Shown here in pieces: positions 30,324 through 42,261 of a stretch of 64,000 nucleotides of DNA (positions within the stretch are counted from its first letter, which is position 1; every line of letters starts with the position of its first letter). Source of the stretch: an uncultured delta proteobacterium (GTDB lineage: Bacteria; Myxococcota; Kuafuiibacteriia; Kuafuiibacteriales; Kuafuiibacteriaceae). The stretch is taken from assembly GCA_963803435.1 (NCBI GenBank), contig CAWDML010000003.1, positions 192,001-256,000 of the forward strand, read 5' to 3'. The notes beneath the pieces were generated by a model. The model made no database searches and was not told the DNA's origin. It was given only the letters and a program-made list of their open reading frames with translations. A program made the position numbers and the translations under genes.

Positions 30324-30389
30324 TCCGCTCCGTGTTCGTGAGACCCCAAGACTCGGTCTTGGGTGCTTCAACCTAAGGTACTAGCTCCC

Positions 30390-30429
30390 AAAGGGGGGGT
30401 CGCGAGGCGACCCCCCCTTTGTCTTTTTT
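30390..30429 (+). terminator. Intrinsic terminator
   Basis: Perfect 14-bp stem AAAGGGGGGGTCGC-gag-GCGACCCCCCCTTT followed by GTCTTTTTT; a second hairpin at 30345-30363. Confidence 0.88.
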
Positions 30430-30472
30430 GTTGCCGCTCGGGTGCCCGCCTGTGCTCTTGTGAAGGAAGTTC

Positions 30473-31402
30473 ATGAGACGCTCCCTCCCGTACTGCCTGC
30501 TCCTTGCCTCAGCCGTGTTGCCGGCGGGGTGCCCGGACCGGAGCGATCAAACGATCGTTCGAGTGGCCGCGGATCGAACCCTCAAGGACCTGGGGCTGGT
30601 CGAGTATGTGCTGGCCGCGTTCGAGGAGGAGACGAAGACTCGGACTCGGTTGGTGTACGCCGACACCGAGACGCTGGGGAAGCAGGCGGCGTCGGGCAAC
30701 TTCGACTATGCCTTCGTGGTCTCCGAGGAGACCCAGCGGGCCCTGGAGAAGCAGTCGATCCCCATCCGTTCGGAGACCTACGCACACGAAGAGTTCGTGG
30801 TGATCGGGCCCTGGGAGAACATGCTGGGCACGCACAGCGAGGGCGATGCGGTCGAGCTGATGATGAACATCGCTCGAAGCAGCTACCGCTTCGTCAAGGG
30901 GAAGGTGGGGTCGGTCGAATACGCACGCTACCAGGCGCTCTTCGAGAAGAGCGGCGATCGTCTTCAGCCTGGCTCCGTCTTCAAGTCGGATCTCGAGGGG
31001 ACCGAGCTGGTGAACAGCGCCATCGAGAGTCGGGCCTTCGCGCTGGTGAAGCGCTCCTCCCTTCTTCAGGCCGCCCTTCAAGGGCACATGCCGCACCGGA
31101 TCTACCGCGAGGCCGATCCAGAGCTCGTCCTACGAATGGTTCTCGTCGAGATCGACCCGGCGAGGACACGGATGGAGCGAAAGCCGGCCTTGTTCGAGTT
31201 CGTCATGGGACCAAAGGGGCGAGCGTTGGTCGATAACTTCGGCGCGGAGCAGTTCGGCTACCCGATCTTCGGCGTCGGGGAGCCGCCGGAAGGGCAGGGC
31301 GCCCATGTCCCGAAGCTCACGGACAAGCCGGGGCTCGAACAGCCGACGGAGGACGAGATTGAGGCGGAAGCGCAGAGGAAGGAGCGGCAGCACGAAGAGT
31401 GA
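30473..31402 (+). CDS. Substrate-binding lipoprotein, divergent TupA (tungstate-binding)-like
   Basis: Lipobox PAGC; DLGLVEYVLAAFEEETK and EEFVVIGP align with TupA DSGLL..LLP.FE..TG and NDFVIVGP. Confidence 0.65.
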   Translation: MRRSLPYCLLLASAVLPAGCPDRSDQTIVRVAADRTLKDLGLVEYVLAAFEEETKTRTRLVYADTETLGKQAASGNFDYAFVVSEETQRALEKQSIPIRSETYAHEEFVVIGPWENMLGTHSEGDAVELMMNIARSSYRFVKGKVGSVEYARYQALFEKSGDRLQPGSVFKSDLEGTELVNSAIESRAFALVKRSSLLQAALQGHMPHRIYREADPELVLRMVLVEIDPARTRMERKPALFEFVMGPKGRALVDNFGAEQFGYPIFGVGEPPEGQGAHVPKLTDKPGLEQPTEDEIEAEAQRKERQHEE

Positions 31403-31406
31403 CGGA

Positions 31407-31985
31407 TCATTGGGCGGGCTGGCTCGCGGCCCCTTGCGCGGGTGGGGGGCTTGCGGCGCCCTCGGTCGGCTCGGTGTCCTTCACGGTCGCCTTCTTCAGC
31501 ACCAGCTCGAGCCCCTCGTCCCCCGCCTGGACCTCCTTGGCCACCAGGCCGAACAGATCGTCTGGTTTTCGGGTCATCGGATCGCCGTCGCGGTCGAGCC
31601 GTCCCATCACGATGAACGGTCCTTTGAACGGAATTCCCGGGACCATCGCGTCGCTCGCGCCGATCTCGTAGCGCTTGGGGAACTCGACCTGACCCATGCG
31701 CTGGACGGCCACCAGGCGGCCGAACTTCCCCCCGCCCTGGCTCTCGCGCACCATGATGAAGAGGACGTCGGTCGGCTTCACGTCCGATTGGGAGATCCCA
31801 TCATCGAGCTTCACCAGCCCTGAGATGGGCGCACCTGGCGGCGTCTTGTGGGCGAACGCGTCGCCGTGGGGGTTCGGCGGCTGGTCGGGAGACGCGGGAG
31901 GTGCCTCCTTCGCCGGCTCCTCCTTCGCCGGGCAGCCGGCCCCGATCATCGTCATCAGCACCAGTCCGAACCGCTTGCTCATCAT
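31407..31985 (-). CDS. Lipoprotein with CcmI/CycH C-terminal-like domain
   Basis: Lipobox GAGC; PPNPH; ISGLVKL...DVLFIMVRE...VAVQRM...FP...IGASDAMVPG...GRLDRDGDP. Confidence 0.65.
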   Translation of the reverse strand: MMSKRFGLVLMTMIGAGCPAKEEPAKEAPPASPDQPPNPHGDAFAHKTPPGAPISGLVKLDDGISQSDVKPTDVLFIMVRESQGGGKFGRLVAVQRMGQVEFPKRYEIGASDAMVPGIPFKGPFIVMGRLDRDGDPMTRKPDDLFGLVAKEVQAGDEGLELVLKKATVKDTEPTEGAASPPPAQGAASQPAQ

Positions 31986-32054
31986 GGCCCGCGATGTCTC
32001 ATGATTTGAGGTGCATTTCCAGGCGGTGCGCGGCCTTGGTAGAGTGGCCGGGTC

Positions 32055-32501
32055 ATGATCGAGGACGACCCTACCGAGGATGATCATCCCGTCGTCACGA
32101 AGGTCGTGGGCTGGCTGGAGGTCGAGGACGAATGCTACGTCCTGAGCGAGCGCGCCCAGAGCGAGCTGGTCCGAGAGCTCGACCTGCTCCTCGACTCCTG
32201 GGGCCTCCCGCTCGCCGTCGACGGCCTGCTCCGCCTGGCGCACGTCCTCGAGGCCGAGTGGGGCTCGCCTCAGGCCGCGGTCGCCATCTGTGAGGCCCTC
32301 GAGCGCGACACGATCCTGGACGGCCTGCGGGCCCTCGCGCAGCAGGCGCGCGAGCAGCTGGAGGCCTCCGCCGACAGCGCCGCCGCCGAGCCCTTCCGCC
32401 AGTTCACCGACAGCACGGCCAAGACGGCGCCCAAGGTCGGTGAGACCCCGCCCGAGGGGGCCGTGAAGCTCGACGCCTTCAAGTCCCGCCGGCGCGTTTG
32501 A
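32055..32501 (+). CDS. Hypothetical acidic protein, APKxG C-terminal motif family (copy 1)
   Basis: Ends in FRQFTDSTAKTAPKVGETPPEGAVKLDAFKSRRRV; TTCCAG-N17-TAGAGT lies 9 nt before the ATG. Confidence 0.8.
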   Translation: MIEDDPTEDDHPVVTKVVGWLEVEDECYVLSERAQSELVRELDLLLDSWGLPLAVDGLLRLAHVLEAEWGSPQAAVAICEALERDTILDGLRALAQQAREQLEASADSAAAEPFRQFTDSTAKTAPKVGETPPEGAVKLDAFKSRRRV

Positions 32502-32542
32502 CTTGACTCCCCCCCGCCGCTGGCCCTACTAGCTCGGCCCCT

Positions 32543-32857
32543 ATGTATGCTGTCGTGAAGACAGGTGGAAAGCAGCACCGGGTCCGCGAAGGCGATCTGG
32601 TGCGCGTCGAAAAGCTTTCGGGCGACGTCGGCGCGAAGGTCACCTTGAATGAAGTCTTGATGGTGGGCGGCGAAGGCGCCACCCAGATCGGTACGCCGCT
32701 CCTCTCGGGCGCGACGGTCGAGGCCGAGATTGTCAAGCAGGGCCTCGCGAAGAAGATCTTGGTGTTCAAGATGAAGCGCCGCAAGAACTATCACCGGCGC
32801 TACGGGCATCGTCAGCCGTTCACCCACCTCATGATCACCAAGATCGCGACCCCGTAG
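32543..32857 (+). CDS. rplU: 50S ribosomal protein L21
   Basis: [11 protein letters not shown]...GHRQPFT. Confidence 0.97.
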   Translation: MYAVVKTGGKQHRVREGDLVRVEKLSGDVGAKVTLNEVLMVGGEGATQIGTPLLSGATVEAEIVKQGLAKKILVFKMKRRKNYHRRYGHRQPFTHLMITKIATP

Positions 32858-32868
32858 GAGACAGTGAA

Positions 32869-34529
<1,661 letters not shown>

Positions 34530-34669
34530 GGCTGCGTCATGTTACCGCCTGCATCCGCGGTGCGCGCCCAGGCGAAGTGGGAAGGTGACAATGTGGGTAG
34601 ATCTATTCAACGAGTCCCCATAGGCCTACCGCGCCCCACATAAGTCATGGAAATAGCTCTCTTTTTCCC

Positions 34670-34696
34670 GCAACAGGCGGCCCCTGGACCCGATAA
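34670..34696 (+). promoter_or_regulatory. Sigma-28 (FliA/WhiG)-like promoter 1
   Basis: GCAA-N15-CCCGATAA, 9 nt before ATG 34706; known consensus is TAAA-N15-GCCGATAA. Confidence 0.65.
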
Positions 34697-34705
34697 ATCA
34701 GAGCG

Positions 34706-35017
34706 ATGTTCGGAATCCACCTCAGCAACTTCATTCCGGGTCTCAACACGGTCAAGGGCGTCCTCGGCGGCGTCGGCAAGCTCCTCAGCGGCGATCCCGT
34801 CGGTGCGATCAAGTCCGTGGGGAAGGGGCTTTCGAACGACTGGCTGGTGGGCCTCGTGTTCCCGCCGGCGCTGGCAGCGCAAGGTGTCGCCATGGGCATG
34901 GACCTTTTGGGCGCGTTCGGTCCGGATCAGCAGGAGGGGAGTGGCCGCCAGCAGGAGGCGACGCAGTACTCGCAGCAGCAGCTCGCGACCCCGCAGGGCC
35001 CCAACATCGGCTGGTAA
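34706..35017 (+). CDS. Small Gly-rich amphipathic protein with Gln-rich tail (candidate secreted peptide 1)
   Basis: VKGVLGGVGKLLSG...AIKSVGKGLS, hydrophobic WLVGLVFPPALAAQGVAMGM, tail QQEATQYSQQQ; no Sec signal. Confidence 0.7.
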   Translation: MFGIHLSNFIPGLNTVKGVLGGVGKLLSGDPVGAIKSVGKGLSNDWLVGLVFPPALAAQGVAMGMDLLGAFGPDQQEGSGRQQEATQYSQQQLATPQGPNIGW

Positions 35018-35046
35018 TTGCGCCCGCCGGGCCTGTTGCCTAGAGT
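35018..35046 (+). promoter_or_regulatory. Sigma-70 promoter, probably leaderless, for the 35053 gene
   Basis: TTGCGC-N17-TAGAGT, 6 nt before the GTG. Confidence 0.6.
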
Positions 35047-35052
35047 CGGAGA

Positions 35053-35532
35053 GTGGCGAAGCGAAGTTTCGGACGGGCGCTCGACCGGCTCCTCACACGA
35101 AAGAACCCGGACGGCACCTTCAAGTACTCGGCGAAGGACGTCCACGCGCTGCGCGGGATGCTCCTGGTGGAGATCGCCCGTCGCGGCGAAGCCGACCAGC
35201 TCTCCGACGCCTCCAAGGTCGAGCTCCTCCTCACCCTCGAGCTCATCGGGATCAGCGCCCAGACCAGCCCTGAGGCCGTCACACCGATGGTCTTGAAGTA
35301 CTTCCGCAGTCTCGATGTCAATCCCGGTCTCATCGAGGAGTTCGTGAAGATGATCGGGCTCCTCCAGAAGGGAAAGGACCGCGTCGAGGCCGTCGCGGAT
35401 ACCTCGAAGACCTACGACAAGATGATGGAGAAGGAGCCGGTCAAGGCCCCGAAGGCCGGCGATCCGGTCCCGGAGGACGCCGAGCACGCCCAGACCCTCA
35501 CCCTGAACTTGGGGGGCAAGGTGCGCATATGA
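35053..35532 (+). CDS. Hypothetical protein, APKxG C-terminal motif family (copy 2)
   Basis: Ends in YDKMMEKEPVKAPKAGDPVPEDAEHAQTLTLNLGGKVRI. Confidence 0.8.
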   Translation: MAKRSFGRALDRLLTRKNPDGTFKYSAKDVHALRGMLLVEIARRGEADQLSDASKVELLLTLELIGISAQTSPEAVTPMVLKYFRSLDVNPGLIEEFVKMIGLLQKGKDRVEAVADTSKTYDKMMEKEPVKAPKAGDPVPEDAEHAQTLTLNLGGKVRI

Positions 35533-35588
35533 ACGCACATCATATGACATAAGCTCACACAATCACTGGAGATTTCGGGAAGAATCTC

Positions 35589-35615
35589 GCAACTCGATCG
35601 GGCGAGACGCGATAA
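35589..35615 (+). promoter_or_regulatory. Sigma-28-like promoter 2
   Basis: GCAA-N15-CGCGATAA with the same spacing as 34670; AGGAGG RBS at 35651-35656. Confidence 0.65.
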
Positions 35616-35663
35616 GAGAGAAGGCCGTCGGAGACGGTCCCAGATTCCGTAGGAGGAAACATC

Positions 35664-35879
35664 ATGTCAGGACTTTTGGCGAACGTTGGTAAGGCTCTCG
35701 TAGGCAGCTTCATCAAGAAGGAAAGTGTCAACATCCTCGGCCGTCAGGTGGCAGCGACGACGCTCCACAAGGTCGCCGGCGGCGCGACGCTGGCCCTCGC
35801 GGGCAAGGGTGCCCTCGACGTGGTGTCCCCGTCGCAGCAGGGGTACGGCCAGTGGCGCGGTGGTGCTTACGGGCGTTGA
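35664..35879 (+). CDS. Small cationic Gly/Ala-rich amphipathic peptide (candidate secreted peptide 2)
   Basis: Perfect AGGAGG RBS; MSGLLANVGKALVGSFIKK...AGGATLALAGKGAL...QQGYGQWRGGAYGR. Confidence 0.75.
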   Translation: MSGLLANVGKALVGSFIKKESVNILGRQVAATTLHKVAGGATLALAGKGALDVVSPSQQGYGQWRGGAYGR

Positions 35880-35941
35880 TGTAAGCTTTTGAACGCATCT
35901 CCGCTTGTGAGCGCCGCCTCTTCGATGGCAGACTTCAAGCG

Positions 35942-36430
35942 ATGACCGATCCTCAGATCAAGATCCCTCCAGGCTTCGATCTCGCGAAAGAGATGGAGAA
36001 ACTCCATCCGATCGTCCTCGACGTGTGCCTCCACCTCACCGAGGACGGCGACGTGGAGCCGGAGGGGATCGAAGGCCTCAAGAAGGGGCTCCTCGAGCTC
36101 AAGGATTCGGAGGGGTTCATCGTCGCTGTCGAAGAGCTGCTTCGCACGTGTTATCAATGGGATACCTTTCCCATCGGCGTGGATGGCGAGTGCACCTACC
36201 AGCCCGCGGCCAAGGCGGTCCTGGCGGTGCTGAACTCGGCCGAGATCCAAAGGGTCTACCACGAGGCCGGTACCGAGATGGCCCATGAGCACGGCGAGGA
36301 GCGCGCCAAGCTCGGTAACAAGTTTGCCGAGTTCAAGGATCAGGACGCGCCCAAGGCCCCGAAGGTCGGCGAAGAGAAGCCGGAAGGCGCCGTCGATCTG
36401 AACGCGCTCAAGTTCCCCAAGCGCCTCTAG
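35942..36430 (+). CDS. Hypothetical acidic protein, APKxG C-terminal motif family (copy 3)
   Basis: Ends in FAEFKDQDAPKAPKVGEEKPEGAVDLNALKFPKRL; TTGTGA-N18-CAGACT lies 7 nt before the ATG. Confidence 0.8.
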   Translation: MTDPQIKIPPGFDLAKEMEKLHPIVLDVCLHLTEDGDVEPEGIEGLKKGLLELKDSEGFIVAVEELLRTCYQWDTFPIGVDGECTYQPAAKAVLAVLNSAEIQRVYHEAGTEMAHEHGEERAKLGNKFAEFKDQDAPKAPKVGEEKPEGAVDLNALKFPKRL

Positions 36431-36453
36431 CCCCTTTCGCCTCGCCCCAGCGC

Positions 36454-36858
36454 TCAGGCCTTGCGGTCGACGGCGTCGAGCCGGGCCCTGGCCCGCTCCA
36501 TCTGAAACCGCCGGGCGTCGTAGTCCGGATCGTTCGGTCCCAGCTTTTCGAGCTTGGCCTCGGCCTCCGAGAGGGTCTTGCGGGCGCGCTCGACGTCGAT
36601 GGCCGAGGCCGGCTCGCAGGACGCGGTCAGGACGGTCACCGTATCTGCGTCCACCTCGGCGAAGCCGGAGCTGACCGCGTAGAAGCTCTTCTTGCCGCCC
36701 TTCACCACCGTCAGGACGCCCGGGCGGAGCGCCGTGATCAGGGGGATGTGTCCCGGCAGCAGGCCAATCTCGCCGTTCCTACCGGGCGCCACCACCTCGT
36801 CGCACTCGACACCGAGCACGTCTCGGTCGGGCGTCACGACGGAGAGCTGGATGGGCAT
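36454..36858 (-). CDS. atpC: F1 ATP synthase epsilon subunit
   Basis: VVTPD, PGRNGEIGLLPGHIP and SSGFAEV; follows atpD. Confidence 0.95.
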   Translation of the reverse strand: MPIQLSVVTPDRDVLGVECDEVVAPGRNGEIGLLPGHIPLITALRPGVLTVVKGGKKSFYAVSSGFAEVDADTVTVLTASCEPASAIDVERARKTLSEAEAKLEKLGPNDPDYDARRFQMERARARLDAVDRKA

Positions 36859-36860
36859 AC

Positions 36861-38399
<1,539 letters not shown>

Positions 38400-40022
38400 C
38401 TAAAGACCGGCCATTCTCAGGATGTGCTCGGCGGTCGAGGTCGTCGACGCGACCAGCTGGAAGAGGCCCTTGTTCATGCCGTCGAAGATGAAGATCGGGT
38501 AGACGCCGAGGATAATGGTCCCGAGGACGAGCGGGTAGAGGGTGAGCCGCTCGCGCATCGTGAGCGGCGAGAGGACGGCCTCCCACGCATTGTTGTACTT
38601 GCCCAGGAAGACGCGCTGCATGGTCCACAGATAGTACGCCGCGGTGATGATCACGCTGCTGACCGAGACCATGGTGATGAGCTGGAAGCGCTGGAACGAG
38701 CCGAGGAAGACCAAGGCCTCGCCGACGAACCCGGCCAGCCCGGGGAGGCCCAGGGAGGCGAAGAACGCGAGCCCGGTGATCCCAGCGTACTCCGGCATCC
38801 GCTGCGCCAGGCCGCCGAAGGCTTCGACGTCGCGGGTGTGGGCTCGGTCGTAGATCACGCCCACCACCAGGAAGAGGAGGGGCGAGACGATGCCGTGCGA
38901 GATCATCTGGAAGTACGCACCGGCCATCCCTTGATCGGTGAGGGCGGCGAAGCCCAGCAACACGAAGCCCATGTGGCTGACCGAGGAGTAGGCGATGATC
39001 TTCTTGAGGTCCTTCTGCGCCAGGCACACGAAGGCCGCGTACACGATGTTGATCATCCCGAAGACGGCCATGCCGTCGCTGGCCCAGAGCGTGGCGTCGG
39101 GCAGGATCTGGAAGTTGAAGCGGAGGATGCCGTAGGTGCCCATCTTGAGGAGCACGCCGGCCAGGATCGCGGAGACCGGGGTGGGGGCCTCGACGTGGGC
39201 GTCCGGCAACCAGGTATGGAACGGGAACATCGGCACCTTGATGGCGAAGCCGATGAAGAGCGCGATCCAGAGGACCTTGGTGAACTTGAGGCCGAGGATG
39301 GGCGCTTGCGATGCCCAGTGACCCTCGGTCGCGAGCGCCTGGAGGTACGGGATGTTGAAGGTGTGGCTGGCCCAGGATCCGTCGGCGCGCTTGAAGCCCA
39401 GGATGCCGTGCGCGTTCTGGGTGACGAAGTCCGGGAACCGCTCGGCCAGCGGGGCGGCGCTGCTGCCGTAGTAGAGCGCGATCATGCAGAGGAGCATGAA
39501 GACCGAGCCGGCCAGGGTGTAGAGGAAGAACTTGATCGCCGCGTACTCCTTCCGCGGCCCGCCCCAGATGCCGATGAGGAAGTACATCGGCAAGAGCATG
39601 ATCTCCCAGAAGATGTAGAACAGGAAGAAGTCGAGTCCGACGAACACGCCGTACATCCCGGCGTTGAGCAGCAGGTACATGGCCCAATAGCCGCGGATGC
39701 TCTTCTCGATGGACAGGCTCGACAGGGCAGCGATGAAGCCGATGACGCCAGTGATGATGACCATCCAGAAGCTGATCTGGTCGACGCCGACGAAGTACTC
39801 GATGTTGAACGAGTCGATCCAGAGGATGCGGGTCACCATCTGGGGCGCGGTGTTGGCGAAGTCGAAGCGGAACCAAACGCCGACGCACAGGAGGAGGTTG
39901 ATCCCCATCGACGTGACGCCGAGGCCGCGGACCAGTTCCTTCCTTCCCGACGGGACCAGCGCGATCGCGACGGCGAACACCAGCGGCAGGAAGATGAGCA
40001 AAGTCAGGTAAAGGCCACCCAT
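38400..40022 (-). CDS. nuoM: NADH-quinone oxidoreductase subunit M
   Basis: FWEIMLLPMY, KVPMFPFHTWLPDAHVEAP, LLKMGTYG and AYSSVSHMG. Confidence 0.93.
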   Translation of the reverse strand: MGGLYLTLLIFLPLVFAVAIALVPSGRKELVRGLGVTSMGINLLLCVGVWFRFDFANTAPQMVTRILWIDSFNIEYFVGVDQISFWMVIITGVIGFIAALSSLSIEKSIRGYWAMYLLLNAGMYGVFVGLDFFLFYIFWEIMLLPMYFLIGIWGGPRKEYAAIKFFLYTLAGSVFMLLCMIALYYGSSAAPLAERFPDFVTQNAHGILGFKRADGSWASHTFNIPYLQALATEGHWASQAPILGLKFTKVLWIALFIGFAIKVPMFPFHTWLPDAHVEAPTPVSAILAGVLLKMGTYGILRFNFQILPDATLWASDGMAVFGMINIVYAAFVCLAQKDLKKIIAYSSVSHMGFVLLGFAALTDQGMAGAYFQMISHGIVSPLLFLVVGVIYDRAHTRDVEAFGGLAQRMPEYAGITGLAFFASLGLPGLAGFVGEALVFLGSFQRFQLITMVSVSSVIITAAYYLWTMQRVFLGKYNNAWEAVLSPLTMRERLTLYPLVLGTIILGVYPIFIFDGMNKGLFQLVASTTSTAEHILRMAGL

Positions 40023-40083
40023 CGGATCGCGGCGCTCTTACCGCCCCATGGTGGGAGGAAGCAACTGAGTTTAGAGTCCGGCC

Positions 40084-40611
40084 ATGAAGATCGAGGCGGA
40101 CGCACGGATATCGTTCTCGCGAGCGCTCGTGTTCGAGACGTACCGGGATCGCCTACCCGAGCTGGTGCCGTATCTGCCCAACATCAAGCGGATCACCGTC
40201 CAGAAGCGAGACGACGACGCCGGCACCAGCCGCCTCCTGAACCTGTGGGAGGCGAAGGGCGAGATCCCGAAGGTGGCGCAGACGATCATCAAGCCCGAGA
40301 TGGTCGCCTGGGACGACCACGCGTTTTGGAACCAGAACGACTGGACCTGCGAGTGGCGGACCGAGCCGAAGATGTTCACCGAGAACATCCGCTGCGCCGG
40401 GAAGAACCGCTACCTCGAGGACGGTGACCACACGATCCTGGAGATCCGCGGCGATCTCGAGATCGATCTCAAGGGCGTGCGGGGGGTGCCGAGCTTCCTG
40501 GCGTCCCGCGTGGCCCCCCACGTGGAGCGGTTCATCGTCGACCTGCTGCGCCCGAACCTGGTGTCGGTGGCGGACGGGCTGGAGAAGTTCCTCCAGGATA
40601 CCCGGGGGTAG
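40084..40611 (+). CDS. START/SRPBCC-fold protein (DUF2505-like)
   Basis: VFETYRDRL, EIPKVAQ, WDDHAFW and GVPSFLA...VERFIV pattern. Confidence 0.6.
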   Translation: MKIEADARISFSRALVFETYRDRLPELVPYLPNIKRITVQKRDDDAGTSRLLNLWEAKGEIPKVAQTIIKPEMVAWDDHAFWNQNDWTCEWRTEPKMFTENIRCAGKNRYLEDGDHTILEIRGDLEIDLKGVRGVPSFLASRVAPHVERFIVDLLRPNLVSVADGLEKFLQDTRG

Positions 40612-40618
40612 GTGCGCC

Positions 40619-41204
40619 TCAGCGCCAGCAATCCCGCGGAGCGAACCCAAAGCCATACCGGGGCTCGCTCGGCTCCGGCGCGGGCTCGGAGACGGCGGCG
40701 CGGGGGCCGGGGGGGCCGCTGGCGGCGGCGTGGTCGACCGGTCCGCGGCCGAGGGACTTGGTGGCGGCGCGGATCAGGGCCTCGCGGACGTCGGGATCGC
40801 GGATGTGCGCGGCCCAGGTCGAGAGGTCCTCCTGCTGCTTGGGCGTGAGGGGCCGGAGCTTCGGCCTCTCGACCTCCTTCTTCGCGACGTTTCCGAGGCG
40901 CAGCCGGAATCTCGCGGATGCGCGTCTTGCCCAGCATTCTATTCAAACGATCGAGGATCTGCCGCTGGAGGAGCGCGAGCTCGGTCATCCAGGTGCTCTC
41001 GCAGACGCTGAGGGTCAGGACGCCGCGGCGGAGCAGGACGGGCTCCGCGTAGTCGGTGATCGGGGGGCCGATCCGCTGGAAGGCGGCGAAGACCTCGAGG
41101 GCGCGGGCCTGCTGGACCTGATCCTTGGTCGCTTCGCGCCGGGAGAGCAGCTTGGCGACGACCTCGGCGACCGCCGTCGGCTTGCTCCTGGGCCGCCGCT
41201 TCAC
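40619..41204 (-). CDS. DUF721/DciA-family protein, apparent frameshift near 40909
   Basis: GPPITDYAEPVLLRRGVLTLSVCESTWMTEL...IREI then RLRLG in the next frame, ending at TGA 40619. Confidence 0.75.
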
Positions 41205-41216
41205 CGGCCGAGCCTA

Positions 41217-42261
41217 TCACGGGGTGAGGAGCACCTGCTTTTCCTTCTTCTGCTTGCCGGTCAGGTGCGTGACCACCCAGAATCACGAGGGCGGAGACGA
41301 TCGGGCCGATGAAGATCCCGGCCGGGCCCATCATCGCGAGGCCGCCGAAGATCCCGAGCATGGCCATCAGCGGGTGCATCTGTCCCTCGAAGCTCTGGAC
41401 GAACGGACGGACGAAGTTGTCGGAGAGCCCGATGATGACGGCGGCGATCAGCATGCCGACGGTGGCGCCAATCCGCCCGTTCGCGGCGAGATAGAGGGCG
41501 GCGCCGAGGGTCACCGGACCGGTGCCCACCACCGGGACCAGCGAGAGGAAGCCGGCGATCACGCCAAAGAGTGTGGCGCCCGGGACACGGAAGATGTGGA
41601 GCGCGAGCAGCGCCTCGGCCCCCTGGACGAAGGCGACGGCGACGGTTCCCAGGATGGCCCCGCGCACGGTGCTGAGGACGGAGCGAAAGAGGCTGCGCGT
41701 CTCGTCCTCGGAGAAGGGGGAGAGGACCTCCAGCCGCTCCCCGAGGTCGCCGCCGTCGCGAAGGAAGAAGTACAGCGCCACCACGAAGAGGAAGATGTCG
41801 ATGATCGTGGCCGGCACCGAGCTGAGGAGGCGGCTGAGGAAGCCGGCGATGGTGGTGCCGGCGCGCTGGACCAGCTCGGTCCCCGTCCGCTCGATGTTGC
41901 CGACCGGGACCCCGACGGCCTCTGCGAGATCCCGGAGGTGGCTGAGGATCGAGCTCTGGAGCTGACCCACATCGCCGGCGTCGAGATGCGACAGGAAGGT
42001 GTTGATCGAGACGACCGCCTGCGTCGCGACGGCCGTCAGGGGCAGGACGACCAGGACCAGCGCGCCGGTCGTGATCACGATCGGGCTCAGCCGCCGCGCC
42101 CGCCCGAGCTCCCGGGAGAGGCGCACCTGGAGCGGATAGAGGAGGAGGGCGAAGAGGCCGCCCAGGGCGACCGGGACCAACAGGGTTCGCACCATCCAGA
42201 GGAAGAGCGCGGTCACGGACAGGACGAGGATCGTCCGCGCGCGGCCGGATCCCGACGCCAT
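41217..42261 (-). CDS. AI-2E (PerM) family transporter, apparent frameshift near the 3' end (~41282)
   Basis: LYFFLRDG, SDNFVRP and GGLAMMGPAGIFIGP. Confidence 0.88.

Noticed and set aside
30324-30430. Possible tRNA or ncRNA after the cytochrome
   Set aside because: No cloverleaf or T-loop; the hairpins are explained by a terminator and a 3' UTR stem.
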